NCBI GenBank assembly: GCA_043778225.1
Contig: JAYWGM010000101.1
Coordinates: 32,001 to 96,000, forward strand
DNA length: 64,000 bases
Direction of reading: 5' to 3'
DNA from: Deinococcales bacterium
Lineage (GTDB): Bacteria > Deinococcota > Deinococci > Deinococcales > JAAFIG01
Positions within the stretch are counted from its first letter, which is position 1. Each line of letters begins with the position of its first letter. The notes beneath the pieces were generated by a model, which saw only the letters and a program-made list of their open reading frames with translations, was not told where the DNA came from and did no database searches. Both the position numbers and the translations under genes were made by a program. Shown piece after piece: positions 47,807 through 55,885 of this stretch.

Positions 47807-48167
47807 TTTTGCTGGGCAAAAAAAACTTTAATTTCTCGAGCAGCAAAAGAAACTCTACAGGTTTATGGAAATAGTCATTTGCACCCAGCACCAGTCCATC
47901 TTCGGGCGCACCATCTCGACCAGTCATAAACAGAATCGGAATTAAGCTACCAGCCTTGCGGATTTGCCGCAAGGCTTCTGGACCATCCATGCCAGGCATC
48001 ATCCAATCAAGAATAATCAAGTCTGGCTGAGCCGTTCGGGTCATTTCGACGGCGGCGGCTCCAGAATCTGCCTCGAGAACACCGTACCCTTCTAGGCTCA
48101 ATCCGCGCCGCAAAAAGCTACGAATCCGTGGTTCATCATCGGCAACCAGAATACGAAACTCAGGCAA
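47793..48167 (-). CDS. Single-domain response regulator
   Basis: ILVADDE, ILDWMMP, MTG, GANDYFHKP. Confidence 0.88.
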   Translation of the reverse strand: MPEFRILVADDEPRIRSFLRRGLSLEGYGVLEADSGAAAVEMTRTAQPDLIILDWMMPGMDGPEALRQIRKAGSLIPILFMTGRDGAPEDGLVLGANDYFHKPVEFLLLLEKLKFFLPSKIILA

Positions 48168-48261
48168 GAGCGCAACAACTTTTTTCGGTGGAACAGTATC
48201 TCATACCACAAAGTCTATCACCACCAACTGATTCTAAGCTGAGGCGAACCTTGGATTTTGT

Positions 48262-48373
48262 CCTCCCCTGCGAAGCAGTAGGGGAGGTGGCGAGCGAAGC
48301 GCGTCGGAGGGGTCTTGCACAGCGTCTACCTGTTGCAAACCCATCCGTCACTCGTTGCACTCGCGCCACCTCC
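48262..48373. repeat. GC-rich REP/REPIN-like imperfect inverted repeat
   Basis: CCTCCCCTGCGAAGCAGTAGGGGAGG hairpin; GGAGGTGGCG...CGGAGGGGT pairs with ACCCATCCG...CGCCACCTCC. Confidence 0.6.
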
Positions 48374-48564
48374 ACCTACCTTCTTGCTCACAAGACAGCA
48401 CCTTCTTGACCACATACGCGCACCTATCAGGCGTGGTCGCTATCGGGCTGTTCGCGCTAACGGCAGGGGAGGACTTTTTGCGTTGCACACGAATTTCTTG
48501 ATTAAGTCACAGGCAATGAAGGCAAACCTTGGACAGCCTTTGTTTTTTGTTTTACAATACTGCC

Positions 48565-49182
48565 ATGACAGCCATACTCGAGCCACCAAAATCTGTAGAA
48601 GCACCCCTCGAGTCAATGCCACTCCTCGAGTCAATACGTTTCTCGCCGCTCGAGTTGATGCGTTTTTCGGGTGAACGTTACGACGAGCTTTGGAGACTGG
48701 GCTTAATCACCTCCGATGACCGTGTGGAATTACTCAATGGTCAGATTGTGAGGAAACCAGAAATGAACCCACCGCATTTATATACTTTATCCGACCTTCA
48801 CACCCGAATTTTGTTTCAATTCTACAACCGCGCTGTGGTACTGAATCAAAGCACAATTTTCTTACCCCAAGATGGCAGACCAGACCCAGACATTGCGCTC
48901 CTAAAACTTGGCACACCAAGAGACCGCTTGCCGTTGCCCGAAGACATTGATTTGATTATCGAAGTTTCTGACAGCACTGTAGCTCGAGACCGCGAAACCA
49001 AACTGGCACTCTATGCCCGAGACAACATTATAGAATACTGGATTGTCAATCTGGCACAGCGCCAACTCGAGGTTTACCGCCAGCCCGACGGCTTGCGCTA
49101 TGGCAGCAGTTTTACAGTTAAAGATGGCAGCCCAACCGCTTGTTTGGCATTTCCAAACGATTTGATTGCTTGGGCAGTGTGA
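48565..49182 (+). CDS. Uma2 family endonuclease-fold protein
   Basis: RVELLNGQI, PDPDIAL, LIIEVSDS, K..LYA...I.EYWIVNL. Confidence 0.93.
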   Translation: MTAILEPPKSVEAPLESMPLLESIRFSPLELMRFSGERYDELWRLGLITSDDRVELLNGQIVRKPEMNPPHLYTLSDLHTRILFQFYNRAVVLNQSTIFLPQDGRPDPDIALLKLGTPRDRLPLPEDIDLIIEVSDSTVARDRETKLALYARDNIIEYWIVNLAQRQLEVYRQPDGLRYGSSFTVKDGSPTACLAFPNDLIAWAV

Positions 49183-50069
49183 AGGTCATTACCCTGAACG
49201 TCAATGGAATCCGCAGCGCCAACCAAAAGGGTTTACTCGAGTGGTTGGCGCTGCAAAATGCCGACCTTGTGCTGCTCCAAGAAGTCCGAGCGCTCGAGCA
49301 TCAACGACCAATTTTAGCGGGCTTGGAGCATTACCATGCTTATTGGTTTGAAGCACAAAAAGCTGGCTACAGTGGCGTTGGAATTTTAAGTAAACAGATT
49401 CCAAAAACAGTCCAGTACGGTTTTGGTTCAGCCGAATTTGATGCCGAAGGGCGGGTCTTGCGGCTCGAGTTTGAGGACTTAAATGTGGTCAGTGCCTATT
49501 TTCCAAGTGGCTCGAGCAGCCCGGAGCGCCAAGCTGCCAAGTACCGTTTTTTAGCCGAATTCGAGCCGTGGTTGCTTGGTTTACAAGGCGAAGTTTTGTT
49601 GGGCGGCGACCTGAACATTGCCCATCAAGCAATAGACCTTAAAAATTGGCACGGTAATATCGGCAACAGTGGTTTTTTACCCGAAGAACGGGCTTGGTTT
49701 TCTAAGCTACTCGAGGCTGGTTTTGCCGATGTTTTTAGAAACCACGTCGGGCAAACCGAGCATTATTCGTGGTGGTCTAACCGTGGTGGCGCTCGAAGAA
49801 ACAATGTCGGTTGGCGCATAGATTACCAGTTGTGTACGGCTGGTTTGGCGGCTCGAGTCGAGCGGGCGAGCATTTACCGCGCAGATTTTTTTTCTGACCA
49901 CGCCCCAGTCATTCTCGAGTACACAAAATCTGCGCTCGAGAATTTACGGGCTTTGATTCAAGTCGGAGTGGATGATTTCCAAGCAGGGCGGGTTACAAGT
50001 TATGATTCTCGTCAAGAAGCCGTGGCTGATATTCGAGCCTTGGCGCTTTCAAAACAAAATCGCCCATAA
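49179..50069 (+). CDS. xth: Exodeoxyribonuclease III with an extra C-terminal tail
   Basis: NVNGIRS, LQEV, GYSGV, AEGR, GDLNIAH, SGFLPEER, GWRIDY, SDHAP; GTGA overlap with the Uma2 gene. Confidence 0.95.
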   Translation: MKVITLNVNGIRSANQKGLLEWLALQNADLVLLQEVRALEHQRPILAGLEHYHAYWFEAQKAGYSGVGILSKQIPKTVQYGFGSAEFDAEGRVLRLEFEDLNVVSAYFPSGSSSPERQAAKYRFLAEFEPWLLGLQGEVLLGGDLNIAHQAIDLKNWHGNIGNSGFLPEERAWFSKLLEAGFADVFRNHVGQTEHYSWWSNRGGARRNNVGWRIDYQLCTAGLAARVERASIYRADFFSDHAPVILEYTKSALENLRALIQVGVDDFQAGRVTSYDSRQEAVADIRALALSKQNRP

Positions 50070-50090
50070 GTTCTTGATAGACTGCTTTGT

Positions 50091-50861
50091 ATGGAATACA
50101 TCATCAAAGATTTACACAAGGCTTTTGAAATGGATGGACTCGAGGAAGTCCAACAAAGCGCTTGGGGTTACGACGACCGCGACCTGACACCGGGCGGTTT
50201 ATTTACAGTTCATGCCCACATGGGCGGAATTGTTTGCGCCGCCTTTGCGGTTGGTTCAGATATTCCAGTCGGTTTTGCCTACAGCTTTCCAGCGCTTTAC
50301 AAAAATAAAATGGTACAGCATTCGCATATGCTGGCGCTGCGCCCAGAACACCGTGCCAGTGGTTTGGCGGTGCGCCTCAAACAGCACCAACGAACTCGAG
50401 CCATAGCATTGGGCTACGACCTGATGACTTGGACTTTTGACCCAGCCTTAACCAAAAATGCACGGCTGAACTTGGGTAAACTTGGCGCTCGAGCCGTTTC
50501 CTACCACGAGGACTGGTATGCGATTAAAGGCGGAATTTATGCTGGGCTACCCGCTGACCGTTTTTTTGCCGAATGGGATTTAACCACAACCTTTGCGGAG
50601 CGCTCTAAGACTGCTCCGAGTGGCGAAATTGCGCTTGAAGCCAACGGTACTGGAGCAGGAAAACCAAGGCTTGATTTGACAGGCGTGGTTTTAATAGAAA
50701 GCCCACGGGACATTGACGCGCTTAAAGCCTCCAATCTCGAGGCGGCTCAAACGTGGCGCACCGCCCATCGTCTGGTTTTTCCGCATTATTTTGAGCGTGG
50801 TTATCTGGTCACGGATTTACACGACACTGGGACACAGACTTTTTATCGGCTCGAGCCGTAG
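50091..50861 (+). CDS. GNAT family acetyltransferase
   Basis: HSHMLAL..EHR..GL..RLK, WTFDP...NARLNL.KLGA. Confidence 0.85.
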   Translation: MEYIIKDLHKAFEMDGLEEVQQSAWGYDDRDLTPGGLFTVHAHMGGIVCAAFAVGSDIPVGFAYSFPALYKNKMVQHSHMLALRPEHRASGLAVRLKQHQRTRAIALGYDLMTWTFDPALTKNARLNLGKLGARAVSYHEDWYAIKGGIYAGLPADRFFAEWDLTTTFAERSKTAPSGEIALEANGTGAGKPRLDLTGVVLIESPRDIDALKASNLEAAQTWRTAHRLVFPHYFERGYLVTDLHDTGTQTFYRLEP

Positions 50862-50864
50862 TTT

Positions 50865-50931
50865 GCGCTGGCTGAGTTTGGCTGCCTCTAGCGCTGGCTG
50901 AGTTTGGCTGCCCTCTAGCGCTGGCTGAGTT
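50865..50931. repeat. 26-27 bp tandem repeat (about 2.5 copies) spanning a stop codon
   Basis: GCGCTGGCTGAGTTTGGCTGCC(C)TCTA at 50865 and 50891, partial copy at 50918. Confidence 0.9.
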
Positions 50932-52360
50932 CGATAATCCAATCAACACTTGGGTTAGCTCGAGCCGCTAAAACATCCAAATGGGTCATGCTGGGTAAAT
51001 TTCGGACATCTATGCTTTGCTGCATTTTTTTCTCGAGTGGCTGATAAGCATTTGATTCGGTCACAATACCGCGCCCACCACGAATTGCCATGACTGGGAT
51101 TTTGGTGCTGCCAATGTGTTGGACTCGCAAGAATTGCCGCGCCCAAGTTGGTGACTCGAGACCAACCGCGCCTATATCTAAACTGAGTCGGGCTGGGAAA
51201 TACCATTCCTGAAAATCGCTTTGCGGGTTGTAAAAACGTGTTGCAAAATCGATCGGGTCGGTCAATTCGGTTGGGTCGGTCTGGCTAGGGATTTCCCACT
51301 CGACCCGTTTTGCACCGTCTGCCACGCCCGTCACCTCGAGTGCAAAACCGCCAACAAACCACGATAAGACATTGATACCGACTTTGGCTTGGCTGGCACG
51401 TCCGGCAGTAATCGCAAAGGCACTGATTAAGGCATATTGGTCATCACCAGAAATCATGGCAGCGGCAAGGTTGCTGGCAGGATACGGCACAACCCCGCCG
51501 GGGCTATCGCCGTTGGGGTCAAAACGCGCCAAAAGCGCGGCTGCACCAAGTTTAGCCAGCCCAGACGGGTCAAAACCAAAGGCACTAAAATACGGCACAT
51601 CTGTACCCGCCTCGAGACCAAGCTGACCCGCGCCACGAATCCCAAAAGGTCCAACCACCCCAGCTTGGTAATCGGCTTGACTTGTGCCGTTTTCGGAGGT
51701 GGTACGCCCAGCCACACCATCGAGCAGCAGGAGCGAATCAATATCTTTGTAGCCGGGTGTGCCGTTAAAATCCCATCCTGCGTACAATGAAACCATGACT
51801 GCGCCAAGGCTATGACCTCCCAGCACGACTTTCTGCCCGTAGGTTCGCGCCAACTGCACCACCCGTCGTAAATCCTCGAGATGCACCTGTAACCCCCAAA
51901 AGCCCATAAATTTTAAGTCTTTCGGGTCTCGAGCCTGAAAACCATTGGGCGCAAAATGGTACTGCCATGCCAGCCTTGGGTTGCGCTTGGTTAGGGCTTC
52001 TTGCAAACGGCTGTGGTCTTCGAGTTGATTGCTGCGGCGGTCGATTGCCCAGACCTCGAGACTTGGGTCTTTGGCGACCATGCTTCGCGCCAAACGGTCA
52101 AAATTGGCTGCACCACCCAAAAAGCCGGGCATCAGTACCACCACGGCTCGAGCTTTGCTGGTTTTGGGCAAGCTATAGCGCACAAAAAAAGCCTTGTCAA
52201 ATTCGTTTGGGGTGTTGGGTTCGTCAAAGCCAGTTATGGTCATGCGCTGGGCTTCTATTACCTCGAGACTTTTTGGCTCTGGGATTTGGGCAGATAGTGG
52301 TTGTATGGCTGGCGCACAGGCTGCCAAAGCCAACAAAGTCAGGAGCAAAAAGCGTTTCAT
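50915..52360 (-). CDS. Alpha/beta hydrolase lipoprotein
   Basis: Lipobox LAAC, PGFLGG, GHSLG nucleophile elbow, THLD. Confidence 0.85.
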   Translation of the reverse strand: MKRFLLLTLLALAACAPAIQPLSAQIPEPKSLEVIEAQRMTITGFDEPNTPNEFDKAFFVRYSLPKTSKARAVVVLMPGFLGGAANFDRLARSMVAKDPSLEVWAIDRRSNQLEDHSRLQEALTKRNPRLAWQYHFAPNGFQARDPKDLKFMGFWGLQVHLEDLRRVVQLARTYGQKVVLGGHSLGAVMVSLYAGWDFNGTPGYKDIDSLLLLDGVAGRTTSENGTSQADYQAGVVGPFGIRGAGQLGLEAGTDVPYFSAFGFDPSGLAKLGAAALLARFDPNGDSPGGVVPYPASNLAAAMISGDDQYALISAFAITAGRASQAKVGINVLSWFVGGFALEVTGVADGAKRVEWEIPSQTDPTELTDPIDFATRFYNPQSDFQEWYFPARLSLDIGAVGLESPTWARQFLRVQHIGSTKIPVMAIRGGRGIVTESNAYQPLEKKMQQSIDVRNLPSMTHLDVLAARANPSVDWIIELSQR

Positions 52361-52531
52361 GGTCTCGAGTTTACGGGTTTTATCTGAATTCAAATTGAAG
52401 TTGGGTCACACTCAATCTTTGTTGCTCCTTAGCATCTTAGAATTCAAATACAATTAAGTATCATTGCGCCTTGTATCCAGAAAACGTAGAATCGCGGCTC
52501 GAGTTCAAATTTGAACTTTCCGGAGGTACTC

Positions 52532-53779
52532 ATGGCATTAACCGCATCAAAAACCCAAGACATCATTCGCACCGAAACCCAATACGATTCTGGTGTCTAC
52601 AACAAACATAGCATTGTTCTCGAGCGCGGCTTAGGCGCAAAAGTCTGGGATACCGACGGACGCGAGTACATTGATTGCGTGGTCGGAATTAGTGTGGCGA
52701 ACCTTGGTCATAGCCACCCCGAAATTGTCAAAGCAATTCAAGAACAAGCGGCGAAACTGATGGTCTGCCCACAGACCTACCCAAACGACCAACGTTCTGA
52801 GTTTTACGCCGAACTGGTCAGCATTTTGCCCAGCAACCTCACCAGAATTTTCCCGTGTAACAGTGGCGCAGAGGCGATGGAAGCTGCCCTAAAGTTTGCT
52901 CGAGTTGCCACAGGGCGCGAGAAATTTGTTGCCATGAAACGTGGTTTTTCGGGGCGCACGATGGGCGCTTTAAGCCTGACCTACGAACCCAAGTACCGCG
53001 AGCCATTTGGTGGCTTGGTTCACGAGACCAGCTTTGTGGCATTTAACGACCTCGAGCAACTCGAAGCTGCGATAGACGACCAGACAGCCGCCGTGATTAT
53101 CGAGCCAGTCCAAGGCGAAGGCGGAGTTCGCCCAGCCACCCCAGAATTTTTGCGTTTGGCTCGAGCCTTGACCAAAAAGCACGGCGCACTGTTGGTCTTT
53201 GACGAGATTCAATCTGGTTTTTGCCGCACCGGTAAATGGTGGGGGCATCAACACGCTTGCGAACCCGACTGCAACGGCACGTGTGCTTTAAGTAGTGGTT
53301 GTGTGGTGCAACCCGACATCATGACCCTTGCTAAAGCCATCGGCAGTGGTATTCCGCTTGGCGCAATGACCATGACTGCCGAAGTCGCCGACAAAATGCC
53401 CAAAGGCGGACATGGCACAACTTTTGGCGGTAATCCACTCGCCATGGCGGCTGGAATTGCCACGATTAAATACATGAAAAAGCACGACATGGCAGCCCAG
53501 TGTAGCGAATTAGGCGCATACTTTGTTGAAAAATTGCAAGCCATTCAAAGTAAAAAAATTAAAGAAATCCGCGCTAAAGGCTTACTGATTGGGGTAGAAC
53601 TTAAAGAACACAGTGCGCCGTATCTCGAGGCACTCGAGCGCGATCATGCCATTTTGGCATACAGTGCCACGCCTACTGTAATGCGTTTTTTGCCGCCCTT
53701 GGTGATTACCAAAGCCGAAATAGACCAAGTGGTGGCGGCGACCGCACGGGTGCTGCAAGAAGTCAATCCAAAGGGCTAA
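52532..53779 (+). CDS. lysJ: [LysW]-aminoadipate semialdehyde transaminase (class III aminotransferase)
   Basis: [42 protein letters not shown]; lysK nearby. Confidence 0.85.
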   Translation: MALTASKTQDIIRTETQYDSGVYNKHSIVLERGLGAKVWDTDGREYIDCVVGISVANLGHSHPEIVKAIQEQAAKLMVCPQTYPNDQRSEFYAELVSILPSNLTRIFPCNSGAEAMEAALKFARVATGREKFVAMKRGFSGRTMGALSLTYEPKYREPFGGLVHETSFVAFNDLEQLEAAIDDQTAAVIIEPVQGEGGVRPATPEFLRLARALTKKHGALLVFDEIQSGFCRTGKWWGHQHACEPDCNGTCALSSGCVVQPDIMTLAKAIGSGIPLGAMTMTAEVADKMPKGGHGTTFGGNPLAMAAGIATIKYMKKHDMAAQCSELGAYFVEKLQAIQSKKIKEIRAKGLLIGVELKEHSAPYLEALERDHAILAYSATPTVMRFLPPLVITKAEIDQVVAATARVLQEVNPKG

Positions 53780-53825
53780 ACTCGAGGTCACGACAATCAT
53801 TAACAAGTGTTAGTATGGCGCTGCA

Positions 53826-54743
53826 ATGCTTAGGCAAACACTTCAAGAACAATTCACCCGCCTGATTTGGTGGGTGATGTTTGTTGGCGTTGGGGTCAGC
53901 ACTTTTTCTTATGGGGTGCTTAAACCAGAGAAAAATTTTTACGAGAGTGGTTTACTGCGTGTTTTGCTGGTGCTGGTTTTGGTCTGTATTTGCCGCTTGG
54001 CATTCTGGCATAAACCGTTGTTTGGGGCGGGTTTATTTTTACTTCTGGTCAATTTATCCACGCCTTTTTTAATCAACGGCGGTGTTTTTGATAATCCTTT
54101 TTCGGTGCTCTCTATCTCGAGTTTACCGACGCTATTTTTAAGTATTGTATGGGGTTGGCGCGGTGGATTGCTGGCACTGATGGCATTACTGTCGGTACTT
54201 TTTACCAAATCCAGCAGCGACCTCGAGACAGTTGTGCTTGGCTGGGTGATCATTATCGCCACGGCTTTTTCGGGCAGCCTGATTCACCATCTGATGACCA
54301 ATGTAGACCAAACCCGCACTCGGCTCGAGCAGATGGCAATGAGCGACCCACTGACCAAACTGGGCAACCGTTTTGCCCTCGAAGCCGATTTTACCAAACT
54401 GCTGGGCTTAGGTTACTTATGTATGTGGGATGTCAACGGCTTAAAACGGGTCAATGACGAAAAAGGGCATCATGCTGGCGATGCCTATTTGCTGGCATTT
54501 GTCAAAGCCTATCAAAGCCAATGCCCAGACCGCTTATACCGAGTTGGTGGCGACGAATTTGTTAGTTTTCATAGCGACACAACCGATGTTGCCGAAGTGT
54601 ACGCCAAGGTTCGCCATAAATTTAGCGATGTTTCGGCGGGTTGGGCAGCCTTGCAAAACCGAGACTTGGATGCGGTGCTGCGCCAAGCTGACCGCACAAT
54701 GTACCTCGAGAAAGGTAAACGCATTGCCAGTACCTTTGTGTAA
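53826..54743 (+). CDS. Membrane diguanylate cyclase (GGDEF)
   Basis: TM region, DPLTKLGNR, D.NGLK.VND..GH..GD, RVGGDEF. Confidence 0.9.
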   Translation: MLRQTLQEQFTRLIWWVMFVGVGVSTFSYGVLKPEKNFYESGLLRVLLVLVLVCICRLAFWHKPLFGAGLFLLLVNLSTPFLINGGVFDNPFSVLSISSLPTLFLSIVWGWRGGLLALMALLSVLFTKSSSDLETVVLGWVIIIATAFSGSLIHHLMTNVDQTRTRLEQMAMSDPLTKLGNRFALEADFTKLLGLGYLCMWDVNGLKRVNDEKGHHAGDAYLLAFVKAYQSQCPDRLYRVGGDEFVSFHSDTTDVAEVYAKVRHKFSDVSAGWAALQNRDLDAVLRQADRTMYLEKGKRIASTFV

Positions 54744-54781
54744 GTGTTACCAGTATCCGTGGGTAAGGTAAACTAAAACCC

Positions 54782-55885
54782 GTGACCGATTTCTACTCGA
54801 GCCAAGACCAAGAATTTATTGCCCTGTTGCGCGAAGCGGTGCAGATTCAGAGCCACAGCACCCAAGAAGCCGATGTCTGCCGTTTTCTGGTGCGCTGGAT
54901 GCACAAACGCGGCTTTCGTGCCGAAATGGACGGGGCGGGCAATGCAGTAGGCGCACGTGGCACTGGCACAAAAGAAGTTGTCTTGTTGGGGCATATTGAC
55001 ACCGTACCGGGCGATATTGAAGTGCGAATCGAAAACAACCAAGCAGGCAAGCTCGAGTTGTGGGGGCGTGGCAGTGTCGATGCCAAAGGACCATTTTGTA
55101 CCTTTGTGGCTGCCGTGAGTTTGTTGTCTCCAGCCGCACTCGAGAAAGCCAAGTTTATTTGTGTGGGCGCGGTCGAAGAAGAAGCCCCTTCCTCTAAAGG
55201 CGCACACCATGCGATTAGTAAATACACTCCAGCCTACTGCATTATTGGCGAACCAAGTGGCTTTGATACGGTCACGCTTGGCTACAAAGGCAGGCTGATT
55301 ATCCGCGCTCGGCTCGAGAAAGACAATTTCCATAGTGCTGGCGCGGACAGCACCGCTCCCGAGGAGATGCTGCGTTTTTTTCAGGCACTCGAGACATGGG
55401 CAGCCGTTTTTAATCAAGACCAACGGCTTTTTGACAGCGTGCAAGTGGCGCTGCAAGCCATCTCGAGCAGCAACGATGGTTTGCGCCAAGGCTGCGAAGC
55501 AACGATTGGTTTTCGTTTGCCACCGCGTTTAAGCCCCGACGAGGCAATGCGCCAACTTGAAGCGGTGCGGCTTGGGCAAAATGTACAAGGACTCAGAATC
55601 AGTTACACTGGGCGCGAAGAACCATACCGAGGTGCAAAAGATACCCCTTTAACCCGAGCTTTTCGGGTGGCGATGCGTGCCAGAGGTATTACCCCACAAC
55701 TGACCTTAAAGACTGGCACTGCCGATATGAATGTGGTTGCACCACTTTGGGATTGTCCAATTCTGGCTTATGGACCCGGCGACAGCACCCTCGACCACAC
55801 CCCAACCGAGCGGCTCGAGATAGACGAATACCTGACGGCTATTTTGGTATTGCGCGATGCTCTGGAGCGGCTGGTTGCAAATTGA
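54782..55885 (+). CDS. lysK: [LysW]-lysine hydrolase
   Basis: [49 protein letters not shown]. Confidence 0.92.
   Translation: MTDFYSSQDQEFIALLREAVQIQSHSTQEADVCRFLVRWMHKRGFRAEMDGAGNAVGARGTGTKEVVLLGHIDTVPGDIEVRIENNQAGKLELWGRGSVDAKGPFCTFVAAVSLLSPAALEKAKFICVGAVEEEAPSSKGAHHAISKYTPAYCIIGEPSGFDTVTLGYKGRLIIRARLEKDNFHSAGADSTAPEEMLRFFQALETWAAVFNQDQRLFDSVQVALQAISSSNDGLRQGCEATIGFRLPPRLSPDEAMRQLEAVRLGQNVQGLRISYTGREEPYRGAKDTPLTRAFRVAMRARGITPQLTLKTGTADMNVVAPLWDCPILAYGPGDSTLDHTPTERLEIDEYLTAILVLRDALERLVAN

Noticed and set aside
48565..49182. Uma2 protein as the restriction enzyme or binding factor for CTCGAG
   Set aside because: No methyltransferase nearby and nothing in the sequence indicates specificity; the family is common and multi-copy.
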